Source: Candidatus Bathyarchaeia archaeon
GTDB lineage: Archaea > Thermoproteota > Bathyarchaeia > 40CM-2-53-6
Direction: 5' to 3'
Assembly (NCBI GenBank): GCA_049513715.1
Contig: JBEKVV010000001.1
Coordinates: 544,001-608,000, forward strand
Length of the DNA stretch: 64,000 nt
The position numbers were made by a program, and so were the translations under genes. Shown piece after piece: positions 40,022-50,503 of this stretch; position 1 is the stretch's first letter; the number at the start of each line of letters is the position of its first letter. The notes under the pieces are model-generated. The model worked only from the letters and a program-made list of their open reading frames with translations, ran no database searches and was not told the origin of the DNA.

Positions 40022-40918
40022 TCACAGAAGAATGCCGACCCCGAATCCCACGGCAATCAAAAGGATCGTACTGAGTATCAGCAGGACGTTGGCGCCTTGT
40101 GCCGGGACGAGGTCAGGGGTTTTATCATAACTCGATAAAGCAATACGACCTGCCTTGAAGGAGATTGGAATGGTCGCTAGGGAGATCAGGGTCGTGATTG
40201 GGGCCGCGTGGAACATGGCAGCCAAGACAATCGACGCATACGTTGCTGCTAGGCACGCCACATAGATCCACGCTGACTTTTTCCTGCCCAACAGAATGAC
40301 TACGTGGTGTCGTCCCGCTCTCTTGTCAACGTCCGCATCGGGAAATTCGTTCAAGAACAAGAGCATGGCCACAAGAATTGTGACGGGCACGAAGATGGAT
40401 AAAGCTGCAGCGTCAACTACTCCGGTTTGAGTAACGTAGGTTCCTACTCCCATTAATCCGAAGCCTGCCCCCGCTACGATTTCACTTAACCCATGTATGC
40501 GCGCAATGACGGGAGTGTACAGAACGATAGCGACAGCTCCAAAGGCTATGAGCGGGATTAGTACGTTGAACATGCGAGTTAGGAAGTATGCCCCGATCAA
40601 AGCGGCAGCGAGTAAACAGGTTATAGACACCGCGAGGGCTGAGGACGGTGACATTTGTTTGCTGACAAGCACCTCCACGCCACCGCTGAAAGGTGTCTTC
40701 GTCGTCTCCGCATCAATCTTTGAACGGTAGTCGAAGTAATTATTGAAAGCGTTTACAGCCGCGTGAGTTAACAGCGCACCAACCATCACAAGAACCGCAT
40801 GCATCGGATTGATATTCCGAATCGAGTAGTAGGACGCTGCTAGGCCTGCTAGGACTATGACGACAGTTAACGGTAGAAAATTCACACGCGTCAATATTGC
40901 GACGTTTCGCAAGCGCAA
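40022..40918 (-). CDS. UbiA/MenA family prenyltransferase
   Basis: NAFNNYFDY, PFSGG, NEFPDADVD. Confidence 0.85.
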   Translation of the reverse strand: MRLRNVAILTRVNFLPLTVVIVLAGLAASYYSIRNINPMHAVLVMVGALLTHAAVNAFNNYFDYRSKIDAETTKTPFSGGVEVLVSKQMSPSSALAVSITCLLAAALIGAYFLTRMFNVLIPLIAFGAVAIVLYTPVIARIHGLSEIVAGAGFGLMGVGTYVTQTGVVDAAALSIFVPVTILVAMLLFLNEFPDADVDKRAGRHHVVILLGRKKSAWIYVACLAATYASIVLAAMFHAAPITTLISLATIPISFKAGRIALSSYDKTPDLVPAQGANVLLILSTILLIAVGFGVGILL

Positions 40919-41024
40919 CTCTTCCCCTAAGAGACTTGACTGAGTGATAGCGCAACCTAACCGTTTTAACTTGCACGTCCACGTTCCCACTCAGGTAACA
41001 ACTCATAGTTGAGGAAGACCGTGT

Positions 41025-42266
41025 TTGAGCAAAGTGAAAGATCCCTCATTGGCGCCGCAAGGGCAATTGAAAATCGAGTGGGCCCGAGCCCACATGCCAG
41101 TCCTCGAACAAATCCGCGCGCGTTTCGAGAAAGAGAAACCGTTCAAAGACATCTCAATCGCCATGTGCATTCACCTCGAAATGAAAACGGCAGTTCTGGG
41201 CCAGACGTTCCAAGCTGGGGGCGCCTCGGTTGCAATTACAGGCAGCAACCCGCTATCCACTCAAGATGATGTAGCCGCTGCGCTAGCCAATTCCGGTGTG
41301 AACGTTTACGCGTGGAAAGGAGTTACACCGGAAGAACATCACTCAAACTTGCTGCAGGTCCTCAGTCACAAACCACACATTTTGATCGATGATGGGGGTG
41401 AGCTTTCGGTCACTGTTCACACCGAAAAGAAAGACCTGCTAAACCAGGTCTTGGGTGCATGCGAAGAGACAACCACGGGGGTTCATCGGTACAAGGCTAT
41501 GGAGAAAGACGGAACCCTCAAGTACCCTGTGATAGCGGTTAACGACGCGTTCACCAAGTTCCTATTCGACAGCCAACATGGGACCGGCCAATCGGCCCTT
41601 GAAGGAATCATGAGGTCAACAAATCTGCTCATAGCAGGAAAGACGATCGTCGTGGGTGGGTATGGATGGGTTGGGCGAGGAATTGCATTGAGATTGAAAG
41701 GTTTGGGTGCAAACGTCATTGTAACTGAGGTCGACCCTGTTAGAGCGCTTGAAGCAGCCATGGAAGGTTACCGTGTCATGACGATGAAAGAAGCAGCAAG
41801 GGTCGGCGACTTCTTCGTCACCGCCACAGGCTGCTGTGACATCATAACCACAGAACACTTCGCTGAAATGAAGGATGGCGCCATTTTGGCGAACGCAGGG
41901 CATTTCGATGTTGAAATCGATGTTAAGGCTTTGCGCGAGAATGCCACCGCGGTTAGGGTTGCGAGGCAGAATGTGGAGGAGTACAAGATGAAAAACGGCA
42001 AGCGCCTCTACCTTCTCGCCGAGGGACGGTTAGTGAACTTGGCTGCTGCAGACGGGCATCCGGCTGAGGTGATGGATATGAGCTTCGCAAATCAAGCCCT
42101 GGCAGCCGAGTACGTGCTGAAGAAGAAGGGAGAGCTTCAACCAAAAGTCTACCCGGTTCCGCTGAAGATAGACAAAGAAATCGCACGGCTGTGGCTTGAA
42201 ACCCAACACATGAAGATCGACACGCCCACAGATAAGCAGGTGAGGTATCTCACGTCTTGGCGATGA
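41025..42266 (+). CDS. ahcY: AhcY family hydrolase, S-inosylhomocysteine-type fingerprint
   Basis: SNPLSTQDD, EETTTG, GYGWVG, GHF, EGRLVNL; HLEMK. Confidence 0.9.
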   Translation: MSKVKDPSLAPQGQLKIEWARAHMPVLEQIRARFEKEKPFKDISIAMCIHLEMKTAVLGQTFQAGGASVAITGSNPLSTQDDVAAALANSGVNVYAWKGVTPEEHHSNLLQVLSHKPHILIDDGGELSVTVHTEKKDLLNQVLGACEETTTGVHRYKAMEKDGTLKYPVIAVNDAFTKFLFDSQHGTGQSALEGIMRSTNLLIAGKTIVVGGYGWVGRGIALRLKGLGANVIVTEVDPVRALEAAMEGYRVMTMKEAARVGDFFVTATGCCDIITTEHFAEMKDGAILANAGHFDVEIDVKALRENATAVRVARQNVEEYKMKNGKRLYLLAEGRLVNLAAADGHPAEVMDMSFANQALAAEYVLKKKGELQPKVYPVPLKIDKEIARLWLETQHMKIDTPTDKQVRYLTSWR

Positions 42267-42324
42267 GTTTTCCTTTTTCCGGATACGAAAATACGAAAAT
42301 TAGCCGATCTGGGCCACGTCGTCG

Positions 42325-43101
42325 TCAGAGAAGTCGTGGTATTTCTATGGGCAAGACCAGTGTTGGAAGCTTCACGTAGAAATAGACATAGACCGCTGCT
42401 GCTAACCCTAGTGTTGTTGCTAGAATTGCCACGTAGTCTGCGAAGTGCAATTTTAGTGTGACAATGGCGGTTCTTTTCTCGCTGGCTCCGAAGGCGCGGG
42501 ATTCGAGTGCTTCCGCTAGCTCTACGCTTCTTCGGATTGCGGATATAATCAGCGGAATGAGGATTGGGATGTAGTTCCTGACTCGCTTCATGAAGTTCCC
42601 TTTATCGAGTTCAAGGCCTCTGGAGCGTTGGGCGTCCACCACTGTCTGCGCGTCCAATGCCATTGTGGGAACAAGCCGCACGGCGGTGGTGAAAGTGAAA
42701 GATATCGAGTACGGCACGTGGATTTGTTCAAGGGCTAGTCCTAAGTCGTCTGCGGAGGTGGTCATGAAGAAGAACGAGAACGCCGAAACAATTGCGAAGA
42801 AACGAACCATAAACGCCAAGGCCGAAGCCAAAGGGGTCCCGAAAATAACGTTCGTGATGAGTATGAATAGGCCAAGGAACAGCCCGCCCCGCATAGACCG
42901 CAACCACCGGTCCGCACTTTTGGCTAAGAGCACGAGTGGGACTTGGGTGAAGAAGGTGATCAGCAGCACGTAGATGTTAGTGAACATCAAGGCAACCGTA
43001 AAGAACCCTAAGGTTACGAGGAACTTTGCTCTCGGGTCCAGCCTGTGAATTAGGCTGTCAATTTTTGTGAACTTGAAGCCTTCAACAAATCTCAGCGACA
43101 A
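42325..43101 (-). CDS. ecfT: ECF transporter T component
   Basis: HRLDPRAK, AQRSRG, ALESRAF. Confidence 0.92.
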   Translation of the reverse strand: MSLRFVEGFKFTKIDSLIHRLDPRAKFLVTLGFFTVALMFTNIYVLLITFFTQVPLVLLAKSADRWLRSMRGGLFLGLFILITNVIFGTPLASALAFMVRFFAIVSAFSFFFMTTSADDLGLALEQIHVPYSISFTFTTAVRLVPTMALDAQTVVDAQRSRGLELDKGNFMKRVRNYIPILIPLIISAIRRSVELAEALESRAFGASEKRTAIVTLKLHFADYVAILATTLGLAAAVYVYFYVKLPTLVLPIEIPRLL

Positions 43102-43108
43102 TTGTTGG

Positions 43109-43957
43109 TCACCTTTTCAGGAGTTCCGCGGGGGCCTTAGTGGCGTCCCTGAATCTGGCCGTGATGAATTCCCTGGCCACATACGCGTCGATTATGTCGA
43201 GTGGGAAATCGAACTCCTTCAAATTCCTCATAAGAACCGAGATCTGGGGCATCACAAGGGATGATTGGGCGACTAATTTCTCATCGGTTAGTATTTTCGT
43301 CGCCTGGCCATCGGCAATGATCCTACCTTTTGATAGGAGTACGATTCTGGGTTTGCACTCGGCCACGAACTCAACATCATGAGTGACGATTACCACAGTC
43401 TTGCCCTGTGAAACGAGTTGAATGATGAACTGCCTTAACTTGTCCTTTTGCAAATAATCTTGCCCGATCGTTGGTTCATCCATAACTACGTGCTTCGGGT
43501 CCCAGACAAGAATCGCTGCCAGGGCTACGCGTTTTCTCTCCCCCCCACTGAGTACAAAGGGTGATGAACTCTCATAGCGTTCCAAGTCAAGTGCTGTGAG
43601 AAGTGTCGTTATCCTGCGTTGGATCACATCTTCGCTGAAGCCGAAATTTCTCAGCGAAAAACCAAGTTCTTGGGCGACGGTTTCAGCGAATAATTGGTGG
43701 TCCGGGTTTTGGAAGATCAGGCCAACATTGCGGGAGAGCTGTGCAACCGACTTGTCTGTCGTGTAGACGCCGTCAACGGATACCTTCCCGGAATTGGGCT
43801 TCAAGAGGCCATTGAACATCTTGACTAGAGTCGTCTTGCCGGCGCCATTTTCTCCCATTATGGCGACGAACTCGCCGTCACCGATCTGAAGGCTTACGTC
43901 ATGTAGGACATCCGTTCCCATTGGGTAGTGGAAGGTTGCGTTCTCGACCGTAATCAT
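43109..43957 (-). CDS. ecfA: ECF transporter ATPase
   Basis: GENGAGKT, FQNPDHQLF, LSGGE, DEPT. Confidence 0.92.
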   Translation of the reverse strand: MITVENATFHYPMGTDVLHDVSLQIGDGEFVAIMGENGAGKTTLVKMFNGLLKPNSGKVSVDGVYTTDKSVAQLSRNVGLIFQNPDHQLFAETVAQELGFSLRNFGFSEDVIQRRITTLLTALDLERYESSSPFVLSGGERKRVALAAILVWDPKHVVMDEPTIGQDYLQKDKLRQFIIQLVSQGKTVVIVTHDVEFVAECKPRIVLLSKGRIIADGQATKILTDEKLVAQSSLVMPQISVLMRNLKEFDFPLDIIDAYVAREFITARFRDATKAPAELLKR

Positions 43958-44796
43958 TTGATGAGGAACCTTCTGAGAAGGTCTGCTGCTTGTTCAACAG
44001 TGGTTGGGTTCTCGGCTATTGGAAAACCATCCAGCCTGAGGAGATGAAAGAGCATCGTGACGCGCGGTAGCCCGATGCCTATCAGGCGGGCGGTGTCACC
44101 GTAGATCTCCGAAGGGGGGCCGTCCAGGGCTACTTTCCCCTTATCCATCACGATTATGCGGGTTGCGTACCGTGAGACTATGTCCAATCTGTGCTCGACG
44201 AGCAGTGTAGTCAATTGAAGCTCTTGGTTCAGTTTGGCTATGACCGCGATTATCTCCTCGGCCGAGCGCGGGTCAAGAAAGGACGTCGGTTCATCCAAAA
44301 CAAGAATGCTCGGGCGCATGGCGAGGACTCCAGCGATCGCGGTGCGTTGCTGTTGGCCGCCGGAGAGTTCGTAAGGCGCTTTTTCCCGAAGCTCGTACAC
44401 GCCAGTCGCTTTCATCGCCCATTGGGTTCTCTGAATTGCCTCGTCACGTGGGACTGCGAGATTCTCCAAACCAAACGCGACATCTCGTTCAACGGAGAGG
44501 GAGAACAGTTGGTTCTCTGGGTTTTGGAACACGAATCCGATGTGGGTGGCAAGTTCTGCTGTGGATTTGCCGATAGTGTTCAACCCGTCAACCTCCAGGT
44601 TGCCTTCTAGGTTTCCTGAGTAGAAGTTTGGGATGAGACCGTTCAAACATCTGCAGAATGTGGTTTTTCCGCAGCCGCTGGGGCCGGTGAGAATGACAAA
44701 TTCGCCTTTCTCGATTGAGATGTTCACGTCCTCCATTGAGGGGCTGCCGGCACCCGCATAGGTGAATGTGAGATTCCGAGCTGCAATTGCGGGCAA
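43954..44796 (-). CDS. ecfA: ECF transporter ATPase
   Basis: GPSGCGKT, FQNPENQ, LSGGQ, DEPT. Confidence 0.92.
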   Translation of the reverse strand: MPAIAARNLTFTYAGAGSPSMEDVNISIEKGEFVILTGPSGCGKTTFCRCLNGLIPNFYSGNLEGNLEVDGLNTIGKSTAELATHIGFVFQNPENQLFSLSVERDVAFGLENLAVPRDEAIQRTQWAMKATGVYELREKAPYELSGGQQQRTAIAGVLAMRPSILVLDEPTSFLDPRSAEEIIAVIAKLNQELQLTTLLVEHRLDIVSRYATRIIVMDKGKVALDGPPSEIYGDTARLIGIGLPRVTMLFHLLRLDGFPIAENPTTVEQAADLLRRFLIK

Positions 44797-44823
44797 CGAG
44801 TTGTTTCCCTCGGCATGTTCATC

Positions 44824-45882
44824 TCATTTTTGCGTAATTACCCTAGTTTGGGATGAAGCCTCCGCGTTACCCGTGTCGGCGGTATTAGGTTTTGGGGAAC
44901 GTGACAAGAACTCCCGGACAAGGCTCAACGCGTTCTTCAAAGCTTCATTCGCCTCCCCCTTCACCTGTGCCCCTGCTGCCGTCGCATGTCCCCCTCCCAT
45001 TCCCCCCATCCTAAGGCCCAAAGGGTTCGCCAAGTCAGACCCAAGGTGCATCCCAGTCTCAGTCACGAACTCCCGAGTCGACCTGAGGCTAACGGTCAAA
45101 TCACCATCCCTCTTTCCAGCAACTATCGCCAGATGAGCACCCAAGGCAACTAGTCCTCGCGCGGCCGAGGCATGGTACGACCCCACTTCCGACGACGCCA
45201 CCAACCACTTCCCAACCCGCTCCATCCGCACACGTTGGGCTGACTTGATCCTAGCAAACCTCTCAGAATCGTCCATTGTGGGGCGGGTGGCCGCAATCGC
45301 TTCTTGAGGATCAGCCCCTGCCGAAACAAGGGTGTAGGCGTTCTTGAAGGTGCGGCGTGTTCCAATCGTCATGTGTCCCGTTTCAACAAGCACGCCAAGC
45401 AAAAGAGCTTGACTGACAGTCGGATTGAGCTTCACACCCATTTCCTCATACATTTCAAGAACCATTTCGCACGTAGATGTGGAATGCTCATCGCATAGAA
45501 CCAAAGCAGCGGTTTTGGTGTTTTCAGGGTGCGGAGCATGATGGTCTATCATGACTAGAGGTTTAGCGGAATGCAAAACCTCTTCCTTCAACTTCCCGAG
45601 CTGTTGAAGTGTATTCGTGTCGACGGTTACAATTAGGTCGACGGAGTCCAGCCGCGGGCTCTCATCCACTTCCAGAGGGACGAGGTGGAGGATTTGCTTC
45701 GACAATTTGCTGACGCCATCAGGCGACGTGAACGTCAATTGAAGTTTAGGGTTAATTTTGTTGGCCAGAGCCATGAAAGCGTAAGCTGAGCAAACGGCGT
45801 CTGGGTCGGAGTTCTGGTGGCCTACGACTAACGCGCTCCTTGACTTTCGAAGGAGTCTCACTAGACTGGCTTGTCCACGCAA
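44824..45882 (-). CDS. DHH/DHHA1 phosphoesterase (NrnA-like)
   Basis: HQNSDPDA, VD, IDHH, GGGH. Confidence 0.88.
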   Translation of the reverse strand: MRGQASLVRLLRKSRSALVVGHQNSDPDAVCSAYAFMALANKINPKLQLTFTSPDGVSKLSKQILHLVPLEVDESPRLDSVDLIVTVDTNTLQQLGKLKEEVLHSAKPLVMIDHHAPHPENTKTAALVLCDEHSTSTCEMVLEMYEEMGVKLNPTVSQALLLGVLVETGHMTIGTRRTFKNAYTLVSAGADPQEAIAATRPTMDDSERFARIKSAQRVRMERVGKWLVASSEVGSYHASAARGLVALGAHLAIVAGKRDGDLTVSLRSTREFVTETGMHLGSDLANPLGLRMGGMGGGHATAAGAQVKGEANEALKNALSLVREFLSRSPKPNTADTGNAEASSQTRVITQK

Positions 45883-46163
45883 AGACTGAGCTCCTTGACT
45901 TTGGCATCCGCGGCAGAGAACGCGATGTCCGTGGCCTCAGATACGATATGGTCGAGGTCCTCATTGCCAGTGGCGAGCTCGATCGCCACCTCAACGTAGA
46001 GCAGGAGCGGTTTGTCTCCTTCTGCCTCAACTGTGACATCCAAGTCGCTGATTTGTTTCACGGATATTTTCGAAAGCAGATGTCGTCTTGCTGCTTCTTC
46101 AGCTGCCGAGCATATTTGCTCTATTTCCTCGGTCTTAGGCTTTCGAGCTAGCTCAATGCCCAT
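45861..46163 (-). CDS. DUF3194-like protein
   Basis: Acidic 100-aa ORF between prefoldin beta and the DHH gene. Confidence 0.65.
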   Translation of the reverse strand: MGIELARKPKTEEIEQICSAAEEAARRHLLSKISVKQISDLDVTVEAEGDKPLLLYVEVAIELATGNEDLDHIVSEATDIAFSAADAKVKELSLCVDKPV

Positions 46164-46207
46164 TGCGGCCTGGTCCCGTTAACGCGTTGAATTCGATCCT
46201 TGAACTG

Positions 46208-46591
46208 TTACTTTGTGGAAGTCCTGGGGCTCTGTAAGCGTTCTTGGAGTTTTTCTTGAACTTCTTTTAGCCTTTCGCGCGTTCGGTCCTCCTGCTTTCC
46301 GAGAACTGTCACGCGAGTGGTTAGAAGTTCCTTTCTCTCCTTCAATTCGGTGAGCAAATTCTGACGGTTAGATTTGACTAGAATGCTGCCAACGCTTTTG
46401 TATACTGGCGTCTCGTCAGTGGATTTCTCAAGCTCCGCAAGTGCCTTGTCAGTCTCATTCAATTCCAGCTCCAACTGCTGCTTCTGCGACGACACTGACT
46501 GGAGTGTTTGTTGAAGCTGCTGAAGTCGAACCAACTGCTCTTGGAGTTGCGGTGGTAACTCTACTTCTTCACCCAAAATTGATGCCTTCAA
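46208..46591 (-). CDS. pfdB: Prefoldin beta subunit
   Basis: LPPQLQ...LQQLQQ, VYKSVGSILVK. Confidence 0.93.
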   Translation of the reverse strand: MKASILGEEVELPPQLQEQLVRLQQLQQTLQSVSSQKQQLELELNETDKALAELEKSTDETPVYKSVGSILVKSNRQNLLTELKERKELLTTRVTVLGKQEDRTRERLKEVQEKLQERLQSPRTSTK

Positions 46592-46754
46592 AAATTCCGC
46601 GTGGATCTGCGTAGCGTTAAGGCGGCGGCTAATTAAGTATTTCAGAAATACTGGGCATCGCCGTCAAGAACTGGATGCTCAACACAACTTTGAAGTCTCA
46701 CTCGGCGCAGTACGAGCAGAATTAAGGAACATTATTCGCGGGAGAAGACAACCG

Positions 46755-47402
46755 ACGACCCTCAATGCTCGCTGCATACTCTTCGACCTGGATGGGACAT
46801 TGTACGACTCATCCGAATATAGTAGACATCTTGAAGAAGAGATAGCGCGAGTAGTCTCAGAAGAACTCTCCATAGACAAAGGCCACGCCGTGGTCCTACT
46901 CAAGCGCAAGAGGAAAGAAATCGGAACACTAACACGCACAATCGAAAGCTTAGGCATAGACCGGAAACTATTCTACAAGAAAATCTCTACAAGAGTCGAG
47001 CCGAGGCTCTACATTTCACCAAATCCGACCATTCAACAAACGATCAGGCAACTCAAGCAGATCGGGTTCGGCATCGGACTAGTTTCAAACAGTGGGCGCG
47101 AACTCGTGGAGAAGATACTAGGCGCGATTGGCGTTGAAGCTGCGCTGTTCGACACAATAGTCACAAGCAATGAGGCCAAGCCTAAACCTTCCCCAGAGCC
47201 CTATCTGCTAGCAGTTGAAAACCTGGGATGCAACAGGAATGAAGCGGTGTATGTTGGGGACCGCGAGGAGGCGGAACTTCGGCCCGCCCGAGAGCTTGGG
47301 CTGAAAACTGTCCTCGTTAGTGCCGAGAAACGAAAGAGTGAATGGGCCGACGCTATCGTAACCAACATCTCTCAACTCCCTAACGTGCTCATCAGAGGGT
47401 GA
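46755..47402 (+). CDS. HAD family hydrolase; no canonical in-frame start before motif I
   Basis: CILFDLDGTLYD begins upstream of the track's TTG at 46800; VSN, KPSP, VGD. Confidence 0.85.
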   Translation, partial: TTLNARCILFDLDGTLYDSSEYSRHLEEEIARVVSEELSIDKGHAVVLLKRKRKEIGTLTRTIESLGIDRKLFYKKISTRVEPRLYISPNPTIQQTIRQLKQIGFGIGLVSNSGRELVEKILGAIGVEAALFDTIVTSNEAKPKPSPEPYLLAVENLGCNRNEAVYVGDREEAELRPARELGLKTVLVSAEKRKSEWADAIVTNISQLPNVLIRG

Positions 47403-47488
47403 TTCAAATCCTTTGATCGAGAAGCAGGGAAAGGCTATAGTCACCGGCCATCTGCCTATTATGACAAAGGAAGCTGGAGGCTCTGGAA

Positions 47489-49111
47489 GTGGAAGAGGGC
47501 GCTACGCGGCTGGATATTGCGCTCATTAACAAAGCCGCATATCCTGAGCCCACAGAAAAAGTCGAACTCGTCCAGACGCACATCTCCTACGTCTTCCTAA
47601 CGGACAATTACGTCTACAAAATCAAGAAACCCGTAAACTTCGGGTTCCTCGACTTCTCAACACTCGAAAAAAGAAAGCACTACTGCGAACGCGAGGTGGA
47701 ACTCAACAAACGCCTCTCGCCAGACGTGTACTTGGAGGTCCTACCCATAACAATGCACAACGGAACCGTCGCAATAAGTGGGAAGGGCCGAGTAATCGAA
47801 TACGCGGTGAAAATGCGGCGGATTCCGATGGAGACCCTCATGATAAGGCTGTTGAAGGATGGTCGCCTCAGTCGCGAAACTGTTGAGAATGTCGCACGAA
47901 AAATCGCGCAGTTCCATGCTGACGCAGCTGTGTCCAAAGAAATCGACCGGTTCGGAAGCATCGATGTGATCAAGACTAATACGAATGAAAACTTCGCGCA
48001 GACGGACAAATACATTGGGAAGTCCATAACGAAAAACCAGTTCGATGCAATACGCCGCTTCACCGATGATTATCTGAATAACAGACCCCACTTGTTCAAC
48101 AGAAGGATAGCCGAAGGCAGGATTAGAGACTGCCACGGGGACCTACATCTGGAGCACATATGCATAACCGAGCCAATCAGAATATTCGACTGCATTGAGT
48201 TCAACGACCGTTTCCGTTATTCGGATACTGCTGCGGACATCGCGTTCCTTGCCATGGATCTAGATTTCCACGGTCGAAGAGAATTGTCAAAGGTGCTGAT
48301 GGATGCGTACGTCAAATTCTCAGGAGACAAAGGAGCCTCCGATATGGTGAACTTCTACAAGGTTTACCGCGCCTACGTGAGGGGCAAGGTGATAAGCTTC
48401 CGCCTCGACTCCGACGACCCTACCATCCAGCAAGAGGCGCTCCGAACCGCGCAGAAATACTTCAACCTCGCAGCATCATACCTTCAGGAGGACCCGGGAA
48501 CTCGTCCGTTGCCCGCTAACAGACCTAAACTCATCATCACCTGCGGACTCATGGGCACAGGCAAAACCACAATCGCGAAGGAACTTGCTGAAACAAACGG
48601 GTGGGAATTGATATCATCGGACACAGTGAGGAAAGAACTCGCGGGAATTCCATCCACCCAGCACCAATACGAAAAATGGGGCAAAGGGATATACTCAAGC
48701 GAGTTCAGCCGGAAGACCTACGAGAGAATGAATGAGATAGCAGAGAATTATCTGAAGAACGGCAGCTCCGTCGTGATGGACGCCTGCTACGGAAAGAAAA
48801 CCGAAAGGGCAAGCGTCTACGCCGTCGCTAAAGCAACAGGCGCCGACTTCACGTGCATAGAACTGGTCTGCTCAGATGGAGAGCTGAAGAGAAGGCTCAC
48901 GACAAGGACGAGTGAACGAGGGTCAATCTCGGACGGAAGATGGGAAATCTTCTCAGACCAGAAAGCGAACTTCGAGAAAATAGACGACTTCCGTAAAGAA
49001 GAACAGATGGTCGTCGATGGGTCGAAACCAAAGGAAGAGTTGGTGAAGCAGATAATGCATGAGGTTGGGAGAAGGACTGAAGCCAACACCTCCAAGAATC
49101 CGCAGCCTTAG
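47489..49111 (+). CDS. Bifunctional aminoglycoside-phosphotransferase-like / AAA_33 protein
   Basis: QTHISYVFL, CHGDLHL, FDCIEFN, GLMGTGKTT. Confidence 0.88.
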   Translation: MEEGATRLDIALINKAAYPEPTEKVELVQTHISYVFLTDNYVYKIKKPVNFGFLDFSTLEKRKHYCEREVELNKRLSPDVYLEVLPITMHNGTVAISGKGRVIEYAVKMRRIPMETLMIRLLKDGRLSRETVENVARKIAQFHADAAVSKEIDRFGSIDVIKTNTNENFAQTDKYIGKSITKNQFDAIRRFTDDYLNNRPHLFNRRIAEGRIRDCHGDLHLEHICITEPIRIFDCIEFNDRFRYSDTAADIAFLAMDLDFHGRRELSKVLMDAYVKFSGDKGASDMVNFYKVYRAYVRGKVISFRLDSDDPTIQQEALRTAQKYFNLAASYLQEDPGTRPLPANRPKLIITCGLMGTGKTTIAKELAETNGWELISSDTVRKELAGIPSTQHQYEKWGKGIYSSEFSRKTYERMNEIAENYLKNGSSVVMDACYGKKTERASVYAVAKATGADFTCIELVCSDGELKRRLTTRTSERGSISDGRWEIFSDQKANFEKIDDFRKEEQMVVDGSKPKEELVKQIMHEVGRRTEANTSKNPQP

Positions 49112-49239
49112 ATGGTAACCCTGATTTTACCGCCAGCACTCTAGAACCAAAATAGCCCATTGGTTCGCGTCGAAACCTTCGACTGAAATTCACCATAACT
49201 GTTAAGTCGAATAATACTGGTAGCTTGCACGGATGAAAG

Positions 49240-50493
49240 ATGCCTTCCAAAATCAAGGATGCTGGCCTAGCCAAACAGGGCAAACTGAGGATCGAATGGG
49301 CAGAATCACGCATGCCAGTTCTCATGAAGCTAAGAAGAGATCACTCGGAATCGAAGCCGTTGCGCGGTATGAGGATCGCTGGATGTCTCCACATAACCAC
49401 AGAGACCGCTGTCCTCGTCAGGACACTCAAAGCGGCTGGAGCGCAAACGGTTTGGTCAGGCTGCAACCCGCTCTCAACACAAGATGATGTAGCTGCAGCT
49501 TTGGCGGATGAGGGGATAGACATCTTTGGTTGGAGGGGGCTGTCTAAAGACGAGTATTACTGGTGCATCGAAAAAGTCATCGAGACAAAGCCGAACATGA
49601 CTCTCGATGACGGTGCCGACCTAGTATTCACATTGCATGATTCTCACAAAGATCAGTTGAAGGACGTCGTTGGCGGGACTGAGGAGACAACGACGGGCGT
49701 CCATAGGCTGAGGGCGCTAGCACAAGAGGGAAAACTCAGGTATCCAATAATCGGCGTCAACGACGCCGAGACCAAATGGGACTTCGACAACGTCTATGGA
49801 ACAGGCCAATCGTCGATTGACGGAATCATAAGGTCCACAAACGTGCTGATCGCGGGCAAGAATTTCGTCGTGGGCGGCTACGGCCATTGCGGGAAGGGGT
49901 TAGCAATGCGAGCGAAAGGCCTGGGGGCAAACGTGATCGTAACCGAAGTTGAGCCTGTAAATGCGCTCAAAGCGGCCATGGAAGGTTTCCGGGTCATGCC
50001 GATGATGGAGGCCGCAAAGGTTGGAGACATCTTCATCACTGCCACCGGATGCAGTGACGTGATAACTGGCAAGCAGATGAATCTGATGAAGGACGGCGCC
50101 ATCCTCTGCAACACCGGACACTTCAATGTAGAGGTTTCCGTAACCGACCTCGAGCAACTCGCAAAAGACAAGAGAGAGATTAGGCCGAATAATATGGAGT
50201 ACACCTTAGCGAATGGAAGGAGGCTCTACCTACTCGCAGAGGGTAGACTGGTAAACCTGGGTGCAGCTGAGGGCCACCCCTCCGAAGTAATGGACATGAG
50301 CTTTGCAGATCAATTCCTCTCCCTCGTCTACCTCGCTAAAGAAGGAAAAACAATGAAGCCCGGCGTCTATGATTTTCCAAAGGAACTGGACCGCGAAGTA
50401 GCCAGGATAAAACTGCAGAGTATGGGGATGGAGATAGACCAACTAACGCCTGAGCAAAATCGTTACGTCAGGGGCTACGGGGCGGGAACCTGA
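49240..50493 (+). CDS. ahcY: S-adenosylhomocysteine hydrolase, SAH-type fingerprint
   Basis: CLHITTETA, EETTTG, FDNVYGTGQS, GHF. Confidence 0.93.
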   Translation: MPSKIKDAGLAKQGKLRIEWAESRMPVLMKLRRDHSESKPLRGMRIAGCLHITTETAVLVRTLKAAGAQTVWSGCNPLSTQDDVAAALADEGIDIFGWRGLSKDEYYWCIEKVIETKPNMTLDDGADLVFTLHDSHKDQLKDVVGGTEETTTGVHRLRALAQEGKLRYPIIGVNDAETKWDFDNVYGTGQSSIDGIIRSTNVLIAGKNFVVGGYGHCGKGLAMRAKGLGANVIVTEVEPVNALKAAMEGFRVMPMMEAAKVGDIFITATGCSDVITGKQMNLMKDGAILCNTGHFNVEVSVTDLEQLAKDKREIRPNNMEYTLANGRRLYLLAEGRLVNLGAAEGHPSEVMDMSFADQFLSLVYLAKEGKTMKPGVYDFPKELDREVARIKLQSMGMEIDQLTPEQNRYVRGYGAGT

Positions 50494-50503
50494 GGATCCG
50501 GCG

